64,000 nt of DNA from NCBI GenBank assembly GCA_032128875.1, contig JAVLKG010000002.1:96001-160000 (forward strand), written 5' to 3'. The translations under genes were made by a program, and so were the position numbers. Each line of letters opens with the position of its first letter. Position 1 is the stretch's first letter. The notes under the pieces were generated by a model. The model did not search any database and was not told the origin of the DNA. It worked only from the letters and a program-made list of their open reading frames with translations. Positions 8,904-18,281 of this stretch are shown piece by piece. This stretch comes from Candidatus Melainabacteria bacterium 17Bon1m (GTDB lineage: Bacteria; Cyanobacteriota; Vampirovibrionia; Obscuribacterales; Obscuribacteraceae).

Positions 8904-9497
8904 GTGATCAATCATCCTCAAAACTATAGCTGGCTTCTCTGGCAGCCTCTTTGCCGGGAGTTGATTGCCGATTGCAAAATTTTCTCTGTGAAAAGTATCT
9001 TGTCAGAGTCGCAGGGGGCAGAGCGGAAGCTAGCGAAGTTTTACACACTCAATTGCAGTCCCTGGGTCAACGTTATTGCCTTGAACTCTGAAAATTCCGT
9101 GCTACTGGTTGAACAGTACCGGCACGGTGTCGAGGGAGTCACTCTTGAGATACCGGGCGGAGTTGTAGAGCGGGAAGACGCAACGCCACTTTCTGCTGCT
9201 ATGAGAGAGCTGAGAGAGGAGACTGGATGCGTATCAGACCACTGGACGTACCTAGGTAAAAACCACCCGAACCCTGCCCTGCAAGACAATTTCTGCTACA
9301 CCTACTTAGCCGAAGGCGTCCGTAAGATTGAGACACCTCGATTCGACGACACCGGCACTGAGCGAATCAACAGTCTCTATCTTCCGCTTAATAAGATCGG
9401 TGATGCCATACGAAGTGGCGCCATCAATCATTCTCTAGTGATTACGGCATTTCATTTTCTTGCCCTTGAGCGTGCAGACTTGCGGGTGAAAATGTAG
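8904..9497 (+). CDS. NUDIX hydrolase (ADP-ribose pyrophosphatase-like)
   Basis: EQYRH, EIPGG...AAMRELREETG Nudix box. Confidence 0.9.
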   Translation: MINHPQNYSWLLWQPLCRELIADCKIFSVKSILSESQGAERKLAKFYTLNCSPWVNVIALNSENSVLLVEQYRHGVEGVTLEIPGGVVEREDATPLSAAMRELREETGCVSDHWTYLGKNHPNPALQDNFCYTYLAEGVRKIETPRFDDTGTERINSLYLPLNKIGDAIRSGAINHSLVITAFHFLALERADLRVKM

Positions 9498-9543
9498 AGC
9501 GCGTTCACGAGACGTTTATTATCGCGATCTATATTGCCCTTAT

Positions 9544-10587
9544 GTGCAAAGTGTCACGAAAAGGCAACCTGTTATGTTCGATGAAGACGCGGATGTTTTA
9601 GCGAGCTCAGGCTTAATATCAACTGAGGCTGCGAATTCGAGAAAAGTCGTTGATACAGAAGGCGAAAAATTTCTCGACGACTTACACACAGCTTGGGCAG
9701 GGCGATCCAGGGGGCCCCAACCTCCTATTGATGAAGATTCGTATGACAGAAAAGCATACGTGCCGATCGACAATTTCGACTCTCCGCTCAAGAGTTATTT
9801 TAGAGATGCGGGTCACTTCGGACTTCTTACACCGCTAGAGGAACTCGACCTTGGCAGACGAGCTCGGTCTGGAGACTTGCGCGCACAGGCTCGGCTGGTG
9901 GAGTGCAACCTTCGGTTAGTTATTAAAGTCGCGCGGCGGTTTAGCGGTAGAGGTCTAGATTTTGAAGATCTCGTGCAAGAGGGTAACCTCGGCTTAATCA
10001 GAGCCGCTCAGCTTTTCGACCCTGACAAAGGTGCGCGCTTTTCTACTTACGCTACCATGTGGATTATTCAGTCCATATCGCGCGGCGTCGACAATCATGG
10101 TCGCGTAATCCGGCTGCCGGTGAACGTTCATAATGATATGCGACTTGTCAGTCGTATTTCATTTCATTATGTGCGCAGATACGGAACCGAACCGAGCCTC
10201 GAGCAAATTTCGGAAATTTCCAAATTGAACATTTCTCGAGTGAAGAATGCATTAGAGAGCATGCAGAGCGCACTTTCACTCAATCAAAGCTCTTCCAGCG
10301 CTCCCGACCGTGAAATTGGCGAAGTTATTGCCGGAAGCGATGGAATTGAAGCTGAAGAGCGGGCAGATAAATATTTCGAGCATAGACTTTTGTTTGGTCT
10401 ATTGTCGATGTTGACTAATGAGGAACGGCGGGCAATTTGCTTGCATTTCGGAGTAGGTTCTAAGACTTGCTATACCATAAACGAAATCGCAGCATCAGAG
10501 GGGATTTCGGTTGCGACTGTGAGGCGTTTGCTCAATACAGGCATGAAAAAATTGAAGCGCCGCGCCGGAGTTATGCTTGAGTCTTAA
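9544..10587 (+). CDS. Sigma-70 family RNA polymerase sigma factor (RpoD/RpoS-like alternative)
   Basis: Region 1.2 LLTPLEE; region 2 NLRLVIKVA, DLVQEGNLGL, RFSTYATMWI; IRLPV; region 4 HTH. Confidence 0.92.
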   Translation: MQSVTKRQPVMFDEDADVLASSGLISTEAANSRKVVDTEGEKFLDDLHTAWAGRSRGPQPPIDEDSYDRKAYVPIDNFDSPLKSYFRDAGHFGLLTPLEELDLGRRARSGDLRAQARLVECNLRLVIKVARRFSGRGLDFEDLVQEGNLGLIRAAQLFDPDKGARFSTYATMWIIQSISRGVDNHGRVIRLPVNVHNDMRLVSRISFHYVRRYGTEPSLEQISEISKLNISRVKNALESMQSALSLNQSSSSAPDREIGEVIAGSDGIEAEERADKYFEHRLLFGLLSMLTNEERRAICLHFGVGSKTCYTINEIAASEGISVATVRRLLNTGMKKLKRRAGVMLES

Positions 10588-10620
10588 AGCTGGTTCGTTA
10601 ACCATTGGTACAAGCGCTAC

Positions 10621-11073
10621 TCAGCCACATTTGCAAATGTCTCCTACGGCGCCTTCTGAATTCGGCATCTTTAGGCACTTTTTACAGAGCCTGGGATCGG
10701 TAAGGTACTTCAGGTAGTGAATGCGCTTTCCTTCGATAACTATATAGTATTCTTCACTGTCCCAAAGCGTGAGTATTCTTGTCGTGCCACTTTCAGTAAC
10801 GTTAAAACTAGGGGATGTTTTTTCGCTTGCAGCGACGATCTCAATTTGCTCACCCTTTTTCAGAAGATAAAGCCCCGCCCAAATATCGACCTGAAGATAT
10901 ATCGGTTCGTCGTTGTTATTCCTAAATGTGATTGTAATTTCTGGCATTCCGATCTTCGCAGCGGGCTGTGGCGATTGCAACTTCCTCAAGGCGAAAGCGC
11001 TCTTGAACATCATCGCAACAGGGACGAGGAATAAAATTAGGAAAACAAATAGTGGATTTAGTTGTATATCCAT
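10621..11073 (-). CDS. Hypothetical membrane-anchored protein
   Basis: N-terminal hydrophobic helix, beta-rich core, C-terminal cysteines. Confidence 0.6.
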   Translation of the reverse strand: MDIQLNPLFVFLILFLVPVAMMFKSAFALRKLQSPQPAAKIGMPEITITFRNNNDEPIYLQVDIWAGLYLLKKGEQIEIVAASEKTSPSFNVTESGTTRILTLWDSEEYYIVIEGKRIHYLKYLTDPRLCKKCLKMPNSEGAVGDICKCG

Positions 11074-11078
11074 CTCGC

Positions 11079-11801
11079 TTAGCCGTCAAGCCTCATTACG
11101 AGTTTATGCTCTAGTGCGATGCTTGCGAGCGTAGATAACAGTGCGAACCCAAATTTTGCGCCGTCCTCCAGTGGTGCATTCTTTTCCGTGCCGTCTCTTT
11201 TCCATCTTTCGATGGTTGCTGAATCTGCTTTCCACGTTAGTTCGTTAATCTCGTTCAGCTCATCTCTGAGTCCAAGCAAAGTGCTGAAGGTCGTTGTATT
11301 TCCGTTTATTTCCTGTGTGTCGAATACCAGCCGATTGCGGTCCACGGGTAGCCAGGCTGTGACGTGGCGAATCAGGCTTGGATACTTAGTGTCATTTGGT
11401 TCATCGACAGCCTTAAAAGCTTCATCAGTTGTCCAGTCTTCAACACACTTGGTTGGTCTCTTAAACTCTGGCTTTTCCAAATAGGCTGCCCATAGTTTGA
11501 GCGAAGAAAGATTGTCCCAGCGAAGTTGTTCTGAGAAGTACGGAGAGCTGCTCGTTTCATCCCAATCTACTGGCGACGAAACAATTTCGCTCAGAGCAGT
11601 GTTTAGTGACTCTCTCCAGTCCGCCACATATGAGCGCACGACTTCTGGATCATTTACTACATCGTCTGTGCCTTTGTTTTGTTCATTGACGCGAACACGA
11701 ATGAACTCCTTTCCAGTCTCGCGGCAATGCCGCTGAATGGGAGTTTCCCAATCCTCCATGTAATAACGTGTCAGAGAACCGACATAAACGTCTAAAGCCA
11801 T
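11079..11801 (-). CDS. Hypothetical protein
   Basis: 240 aa acidic ORF starting MALDVYVGSLTRYY; 5 bp from the next co-oriented gene. Confidence 0.75.
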   Translation of the reverse strand: MALDVYVGSLTRYYMEDWETPIQRHCRETGKEFIRVRVNEQNKGTDDVVNDPEVVRSYVADWRESLNTALSEIVSSPVDWDETSSSPYFSEQLRWDNLSSLKLWAAYLEKPEFKRPTKCVEDWTTDEAFKAVDEPNDTKYPSLIRHVTAWLPVDRNRLVFDTQEINGNTTTFSTLLGLRDELNEINELTWKADSATIERWKRDGTEKNAPLEDGAKFGFALLSTLASIALEHKLVMRLDG

Positions 11802-11920
11802 GTTGAGATTTCGCCTTTGTGTGTCCGCGTAAACAAGCCAATCATGATCATACCCGGCAGGGGCAAAGAAAAGCTTTGAGCTAAGACCACAGCGGAGCGT
11901 AAAGTGCTCTTGAGGGTAGC

Positions 11921-12379
11921 CTATTCTTCAATGTTTTTGAGCCACTCCATGCTATCCAAAGAGGATGCATCAAAACCATTGGGATGCAAGTGGAAGCAAA
12001 GCAAGGAAGATGACGCGTCGTCCTCGTTCCGAAATGAGAAACTTTGCCCCGAGTCGGAGTGAGAAAGTTGATCCTCTAAAAAACGTGAAAGCATTCGTAG
12101 AGCGTCCAAAGTCCCCTCTATGCAGTTTTCATGTATCTTCAGTGCTTTACCAGTTCTAATCTCGAGTGACATGTATGGACCGATGTGATCATGTTCACTC
12201 GGCTCAGCATTCGAAGGGTTTGATGTGTAATCTAACAACAGTTTGGAGAATTTAGAAAGTCCAGTTCTATCGCCATGAATATTGTACGTCTTTGAGCTTT
12301 CTTCATAGTCAAAGTAAAATCCGAGTTCTCGCCATTCATCTCGTGTGGCGGCTTCTATTACTTTTTTCTTGCTCAGCAT
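11921..12379 (-). CDS. Hypothetical protein, weak Imm32-like immunity resemblance
   Basis: IHGDRTGLSKFSKLLLDY...EHDH pattern. Confidence 0.55.
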   Translation of the reverse strand: MLSKKKVIEAATRDEWRELGFYFDYEESSKTYNIHGDRTGLSKFSKLLLDYTSNPSNAEPSEHDHIGPYMSLEIRTGKALKIHENCIEGTLDALRMLSRFLEDQLSHSDSGQSFSFRNEDDASSSLLCFHLHPNGFDASSLDSMEWLKNIEE

Positions 12380-12503
12380 TCAACGACTATCAGTTGCATT
12401 ACGAACTTTATCAACCAACTCTTCTATTCCCAGGATGGGCAACTTCACCCTCCTTGAGATTCAATTTTCGCTATGCTAGAGAAAGATTAGAAGGAAAATT
12501 CGT

Positions 12504-13463
12504 TTGAATACTGTCGCCGTTATCCGCTTGCTTCTTTGTCTTGCGACACTTCTTGTGTTGCTCTGCCCTCGTGCACATGCCATTCATGGTGAAGCAAGGA
12601 AGAAGCTAACAGAGGGTTACGAGGCTATCAGGTTAGCAGATTACGCCAGAGCACACGAGTGTTTTTTGGAGGCGCTCAAGCAAGCACGTAGGCAAGGCGA
12701 ATCCCGTGAAGCAATCGACTTCTTGAAAGTAGAAGTTGCGGAGAACGATGCACGTCTTGGGCATCCATCGAGAGCTCTCACTGAGTTGAATGCAATTCAA
12801 AAGAATTACGACCTTCTCGCACAGAGGGAAGGGCATAGGAGTCAATGGTATAACCACCTTTTGAGAGCGAAGGCATTCTGCTACTTCAAAGAGAGGAAGT
12901 ATGATTCTGCAATCCTTATCTTTAAGCAAATTCTTCAGGACGAAGATAAGCTAGATGAGAGTGGCGACGCTGCTTCAGATCGTGCTGCCACGCGTATTGC
13001 ATATGCGAAAATATTGATGATGAAAGGGGATCACCATGAGACACAAAAAGTCCTCAACGAATTGATTGCCAGCCAGACAGATGTCGATAACGACGTTGTA
13101 TTCCAAGCTGAAGGCATGTTGGCACACTCGTATTTTGCTCAAAAAAAATATGCTGAAACACAGCAGCATCTTCAGCTGGCTTTAGCCATCATGGAGAAAA
13201 AGTCATACAAAAATGATCCGCGTGAAGGATATTTGAAGTTATTGTTGGCATCAGTACTTGAAGCGCAAGGCAAACTTGCGGAGGCAGCTCCTTTACTAAA
13301 GGAAGCGGAGGGCTTGTTGACTAGCGCAGGGAGACAACTGCCAATTGATTTTTTCGAGAAGTATGAAAAGTGTTTGAAAAGTTTGGCTGCCGGTCCAGAA
13401 TTGGAGCGTGTCCGGAAGAAGATTGAGGAGTTCAAGAACTCCGATAAAGCCCAGCGGAAGTGA
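12504..13463 (+). CDS. Exported TPR protein
   Basis: Signal peptide ending AHA; TPR-like helices. Confidence 0.75.
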   Translation: MNTVAVIRLLLCLATLLVLLCPRAHAIHGEARKKLTEGYEAIRLADYARAHECFLEALKQARRQGESREAIDFLKVEVAENDARLGHPSRALTELNAIQKNYDLLAQREGHRSQWYNHLLRAKAFCYFKERKYDSAILIFKQILQDEDKLDESGDAASDRAATRIAYAKILMMKGDHHETQKVLNELIASQTDVDNDVVFQAEGMLAHSYFAQKKYAETQQHLQLALAIMEKKSYKNDPREGYLKLLLASVLEAQGKLAEAAPLLKEAEGLLTSAGRQLPIDFFEKYEKCLKSLAAGPELERVRKKIEEFKNSDKAQRK

Positions 13464-14313
13464 GCTTTCGCTTTTCTATCCGTCCAAAGTGACGCGTGAG
13501 CGCTCCGGCATGATTTATGACGACGAATGCATAAGCAGCATAAAGCGTAATTGAAGTGTAAATCGTAGCTACAAGTGCTACGGATAAACATGAGCTTGGC
13601 GATAAGTGTTCCCATTTCGGGAAGTAGTTCAAAAACCAAGCACAAGGCCATGCGAACATTTCAGAGAAAAGGAAATAACAGACGGCCGAGAATGCTAGAA
13701 CAACCCGAAAAGCGACGTGATCATTTCTTTTGGCACTGAGAGTTCCTTTTATGGAAACTTTCTTGAGTTCGTCATGAACAAATACGACGAGTATTCCTAA
13801 ACATATTTGAGAGCATACTAGTTCGATGCAGGAGAAGTGCAAATACACCGTGCCAATAGATAGATTCATCCAGGCTAAATCTGCAATCAGTGCTATAAGT
13901 AGTGCGATTGAGATTGCGGTGAAGTATCTGGATGGAATCTTTGGTAGATAGTACACCGTTCCTCTTGCTTTAGATACCTGTGATTCTATGTTCTCCATCA
14001 AGGAGGCGAAGCCCACAAACGCTAAAGCGAGTAATCCAACGAAACCAAATCCGTTATTAAAGAAAATTGTCAGCCAATAAAGGTCTGTTCTCCAGCTGAG
14101 AAGTTGAGACTGAAGCTCCGCTATTGGTCCTCCTCCAAAACATAGCGTTGGTGGAAGCGGAAGGTCCGCCCTTTGCGCTATTGGATATGTAAGTTCCAAA
14201 AAGATGATAAAGCCCAGCAAGCCTCCTGCGAATGCTGGCATGATGAAACGCTTCAAGTTGATAATAGGATGCTTTTCCATAAAGGCATTGGTGAAGCTCG
14301 TACCCGAAGCCAT
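13432..14313 (-). CDS. Multi-pass membrane protein
   Basis: About six hydrophobic segments. Confidence 0.65.
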   Translation of the reverse strand: MASGTSFTNAFMEKHPIINLKRFIMPAFAGGLLGFIIFLELTYPIAQRADLPLPPTLCFGGGPIAELQSQLLSWRTDLYWLTIFFNNGFGFVGLLALAFVGFASLMENIESQVSKARGTVYYLPKIPSRYFTAISIALLIALIADLAWMNLSIGTVYLHFSCIELVCSQICLGILVVFVHDELKKVSIKGTLSAKRNDHVAFRVVLAFSAVCYFLFSEMFAWPCAWFLNYFPKWEHLSPSSCLSVALVATIYTSITLYAAYAFVVINHAGALTRHFGRIEKRKLTSAGLYRSS

Positions 14314-14580
14314 TATGCGCCTATATCGGCAACTCTGCAGACAATCAGTGATGGAACTACGAGGCTTATCGACTCAGCATCCCGATCTTTTAAAACCCCA
14401 TATTTAAGAGTTGATATGATAGATCTATGGTTCCGTCGCATGCTAGTTTCTTCCAGCTTATGAAATCAAGACCCGCCAAGTTCCAGTTTCCGACTGTTTC
14501 TTTGGCATCGAATTTGAATTTCCTTTTGATCCACTTAGTAATAAACTTGAGTCAGTGAACAGCAGCGATAGGGAAAATCA

Positions 14581-16287
14581 ATGAGAATTTTATTCATGGC
14601 AGCACTGTTGTTCCTTTGTCCATACAGTTGTGCAGCCGCACAAGCCGATTCACAACAGGTTCAAGTCTCTGGATATGAATCGAAAAATCCACAAAGTGAG
14701 ACCTACAATGGTTTTGTAGAAGCATTTAAGAAGGCGCACTCAAACAAGTTTGAAGAGAAAGATCTCAATGAGATTTTTCGCGATTATTCGAATTTGATCA
14801 TGACTGGCATGGATACGTCTCAATTGGCGAATGCAATAAGGGGGAGGAAGACGAGTTACTTCCCTTTAGAAAAATTACGCACAGAGCCTTTTTACACATC
14901 ATCTATCAAGGATTACATCAATTCTGCGAATCAGTATCAGCGTGTGCTTGCCTACATAACTCTAGCTTCAGCTGGTGACAGCTCTTTTAATACTCAGTTG
15001 CTAAAGGCCTCCAAAGCCGAAACTTTTAAGGGCGGGAAGTATTGGGCAGGTTTTGCTCTTCTTTATCTGCGTGATACTCATACAAGTGATCTTTTTGATT
15101 TCTTGGTGGAAAACGAAGAGTTTGGAGATGCCCATATGGCTCCCTTCTACTTGCGGCTGGACAAAGATTCTATACGGACGACAGCGTATGAAAAAATAAG
15201 ATCGAATAAGTCGAAGGCGAAGATACTTGCTGTTCAAAGTCTCTCCGTCACTGAGCTCAATCCGAAAACGGAAGAGGTAGTTAGAGAGGCTGTTAAAAGC
15301 TGGGAGCCTTCTATGCGGGGTTATGCAATCTATACAATTGTCGCACTTTCGATGGGAAACTTGAAAGAACTCCTCCTTCCCTCTCTTAATTTCAAAGAAA
15401 CGCGAGCAATTTCTCTGAAGGCACTTGCGAATAGCCCGACACAATCAGATCAGCAATATCTAAAATCACTAATTCCTGCCAACGGTGAAATTCCTGAGGA
15501 CATCTTAGACGCGTATCTAGAGTCGAATCGCAAAGCTTCCGCCCTCAGATGGTTACAACTGGTTCGCGATCGTAAGGTTAGCCCAAATTACTACTTTTCT
15601 CTCTATGACAAGCCACTTCTGTTATCCGACGGTGTTCTCGATGAGCTTCGCAAGACTATTCGAGAAACCAAAAATCGAGAAATTGTTCATCAGTTCCTAA
15701 GAGCACTGGAAAATCGAAACGACGATGACAGCAACAATCTGCTAATTCAACTGCTTACAGATCCCGATTCCACTACACGATATTGGGCAGCATTTAGCCT
15801 AAAAGGTAAGTCGTCTGCGCTGCTTGTCCATAAGATACCCAATCTCATAAACAATCCAGTGCTTCGGACAGTCGCATTGACTGACCTAGCGATAGAAAAT
15901 AAGGTAAATGGACTACAAGATGTTTATGAAGGTGTTCTGCGAAATGATCCAAGTCAGGACTGGTACAGGAGTTCTCTGAGTTACTTAGCTGCATTTCCGA
16001 GGCAGAAAGACATAAGTACATTCAAAGCCGTTCTTCAAAGCAGCAAGGATGCCTTCTTAAGGCGGTTTGCAGTTAGCGGCCTTGGTAATCTTAGAGACGA
16101 AAGTTCAGTCGACCTCATTGTTGCTGCTTTGAAAAAAGAGCCGCCCATTGATCAAAATGCAATTACATATTTAGTCGCTTTAGGCAAAATTAAAGGTGAC
16201 AAGGCTAAGCTTGTTATTGAGTCGTACCAGAACAGTAAAGACAATTCAGTAAGGAACTTAGTCTCAGGTCTCTTAACAAAGTGGTAA
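14581..16287 (+). CDS. Exported HEAT-repeat protein
   Basis: Signal peptide; LLTDPDSTTRYWAAFSL and FLRRFAVSGLGNL HEAT motifs. Confidence 0.8.
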   Translation: MRILFMAALLFLCPYSCAAAQADSQQVQVSGYESKNPQSETYNGFVEAFKKAHSNKFEEKDLNEIFRDYSNLIMTGMDTSQLANAIRGRKTSYFPLEKLRTEPFYTSSIKDYINSANQYQRVLAYITLASAGDSSFNTQLLKASKAETFKGGKYWAGFALLYLRDTHTSDLFDFLVENEEFGDAHMAPFYLRLDKDSIRTTAYEKIRSNKSKAKILAVQSLSVTELNPKTEEVVREAVKSWEPSMRGYAIYTIVALSMGNLKELLLPSLNFKETRAISLKALANSPTQSDQQYLKSLIPANGEIPEDILDAYLESNRKASALRWLQLVRDRKVSPNYYFSLYDKPLLLSDGVLDELRKTIRETKNREIVHQFLRALENRNDDDSNNLLIQLLTDPDSTTRYWAAFSLKGKSSALLVHKIPNLINNPVLRTVALTDLAIENKVNGLQDVYEGVLRNDPSQDWYRSSLSYLAAFPRQKDISTFKAVLQSSKDAFLRRFAVSGLGNLRDESSVDLIVAALKKEPPIDQNAITYLVALGKIKGDKAKLVIESYQNSKDNSVRNLVSGLLTKW

Positions 16288-16300
16288 CGTAATCAAGTCA

Positions 16301-17116
16301 TTACATTGCTGTTCTGTAGCAACCTGTCGCTTGCTTCTTACAAGCTCCCTTAACGCGATACGTTGAGTCGAAAGTATTTTCTACTTCTTTGCCATCAATC
16401 ATCAACGTAGAGATGCGGAATTGATCTCCACAAATATATTTGGTTCCGGCAGGAATGTCGGAGATCCTTTTCACTGCTTCCCAGTTGCGGGTGAGTCTCT
16501 GCCCGCAGAGATCGCATAGGTACTGAATGCTTTTCTCTTTGATTACACCGTCTTTCATTTCTTTTAGTGGGACAGAATTGATTACGTCCGCGATGTAGTC
16601 GGTATGGAGGAGCAACACGTGATTGTCATCTATAAGTTGGAAGCAATCATGAAGGTGCTGAATTGAGGCTATAACCCCCTCCGGTGAAGTACCCCAGTGG
16701 TATTCATCCAGCCATTTGCTTAAATCAGCTCTATCTATATTTGACGGTTCAAGTTTCTCGTGAAATTTGTCTTTGGTTTTCTTGTCAAAGTAAAGGTATG
16801 CGAGCTCGTCGTTACCCTCAAACAATTGTGTTCGGGTTAAATCAATTCCTTTCTCCCGCAGATAGAGTAAGGCTCGGTCCATTATTATGCCGTGCCAAAA
16901 GAAATTGGAAGACTTACACTCTGCATTTTTGCTGATGTATTCCCAGAATGGTTTAAACGGCTCATCACTTGCATCTTGTTCGGTTGAGCTTACTGCCACC
17001 GGAATCATATAAGCGCCTTTTGGCTTCTTTTGTGGTTTGGGAATTTGCTCGGCTAGTTTCTTCAACTCTCTGATTTGCTCGTTGCTAAGAATGTATGACG
17101 AAGTGACGGTAGACAT
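16301..17116 (-). CDS. Hypothetical protein
   Basis: 271 aa ATG ORF with AAGG RBS. Confidence 0.65.
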   Translation of the reverse strand: MSTVTSSYILSNEQIRELKKLAEQIPKPQKKPKGAYMIPVAVSSTEQDASDEPFKPFWEYISKNAECKSSNFFWHGIIMDRALLYLREKGIDLTRTQLFEGNDELAYLYFDKKTKDKFHEKLEPSNIDRADLSKWLDEYHWGTSPEGVIASIQHLHDCFQLIDDNHVLLLHTDYIADVINSVPLKEMKDGVIKEKSIQYLCDLCGQRLTRNWEAVKRISDIPAGTKYICGDQFRISTLMIDGKEVENTFDSTYRVKGACKKQATGCYRTAM

Positions 17117-17204
17117 TTTTGAACCTTCTTTCGATGAGTCTTTAAAGCACCGGTCGATTTAGTGTCAGACCTACAAACTGACATCGTTTTACAGTTAAGA
17201 TAGC

Positions 17205-18281
17205 CTACCGATCCAAAGCGGTTCGCGCGAGATCTTCATCGTAAGTAACGCTAGTATTTCCTCCGACAATGATGTCTCGCGCGACAACTGCGCCTTCGAA
17301 CATGCAGTTGCCCGTGCCCATTTCGACTCTTGCATTCGGTGCGTAGATAATGCCGCAGAAGTGTGTGTTGTGATCTAACTTAATGGTGCCTTGTCCGTTG
17401 TACCAAATTTGAAAGTCCGATGCTTTTCCGGATTCGAACGTGCTAGCACCGACGGTTGAATTCACTGCGGATAAGAAAGCATAGCCCTCTGCATTCGCGT
17501 TGTCAGTTAAAAACAGCCGTACGCGCTCCTTCGGAACGACCTGAAGCGATTCCGCAACTATACCGCTGCAGATATAGTCGCCTTTGCCTAACGTCAATCT
17601 TGCTTCGCCGCCTCGCGAGTTTTTCTTAATGAGCGCGGTAAGGTCGTAAATTTCATTTTCAGCAGGATGAATCGCTTCAAAAAAGCGGTCCTTAACTTCC
17701 GGATTTACAATGACTCTCTTGTTGGCGGAAGGTCGAAGTACAGGAAGTAACGGCAAGACGGGATGCGGTGGGCAGGGTGGAGCACCGTAGTGCGCAAAGC
17801 GGAAACCGCCAGTGGTGTATTTGAATCCATCAGCTTCTTCGAACACCTGCGATCTTTCGACATCAGCTTTGCCGTAACAGCCTAAAATCGCTGGGTTGCG
17901 TTCGGCGCCTCGTCCTGACCGACCTGCTGAAGAGCTTCTTGTTTGCGTGTCTGCGTTTCCATTGAAGGTAAGATTGCGGGTGGCAAACATACAAAAACGC
18001 AATACATAGTCAGGTCTGCAGCGCGGGCTCCCGCCGCTAACAGGATGACTACCTGATCTACCAAATGGAGCTGCTTGGCGGGATGAATTTCTGGGGGACG
18101 CCGGGCGCTGTACGTAGCCACCACCTGGCGCTACTAACATTTCGGTGGGAGAAATCAGTGTCGGTGGTTTTCCATCAGGGACACTTATGGTCATTTTTCC
18201 TTGTGCAATGGCTGTACTTGGCATTAGCAGCGACAGCGCGCTCAATGTAAGAATCATTCCTTTGCTGAAAGAGTTAGTCAT
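17205..18281 (-). CDS. Exported protein with C-terminal beta-helix-like (DUF7305-like) region
   Basis: Signal peptide; FCGIIYAPNARV..FEGAVVARDI..TYDEDL; ATGA overlap with upstream gene. Confidence 0.7.
   Translation of the reverse strand: MTNSFSKGMILTLSALSLLMPSTAIAQGKMTISVPDGKPPTLISPTEMLVAPGGGYVQRPASPRNSSRQAAPFGRSGSHPVSGGSPRCRPDYVLRFCMFATRNLTFNGNADTQTRSSSAGRSGRGAERNPAILGCYGKADVERSQVFEEADGFKYTTGGFRFAHYGAPPCPPHPVLPLLPVLRPSANKRVIVNPEVKDRFFEAIHPAENEIYDLTALIKKNSRGGEARLTLGKGDYICSGIVAESLQVVPKERVRLFLTDNANAEGYAFLSAVNSTVGASTFESGKASDFQIWYNGQGTIKLDHNTHFCGIIYAPNARVEMGTGNCMFEGAVVARDIIVGGNTSVTYDEDLARTALDR

Noticed and set aside
10621-17116. Integron cassette array
   Set aside because: Mixed orientations, no repeated attC-like elements, no integrase
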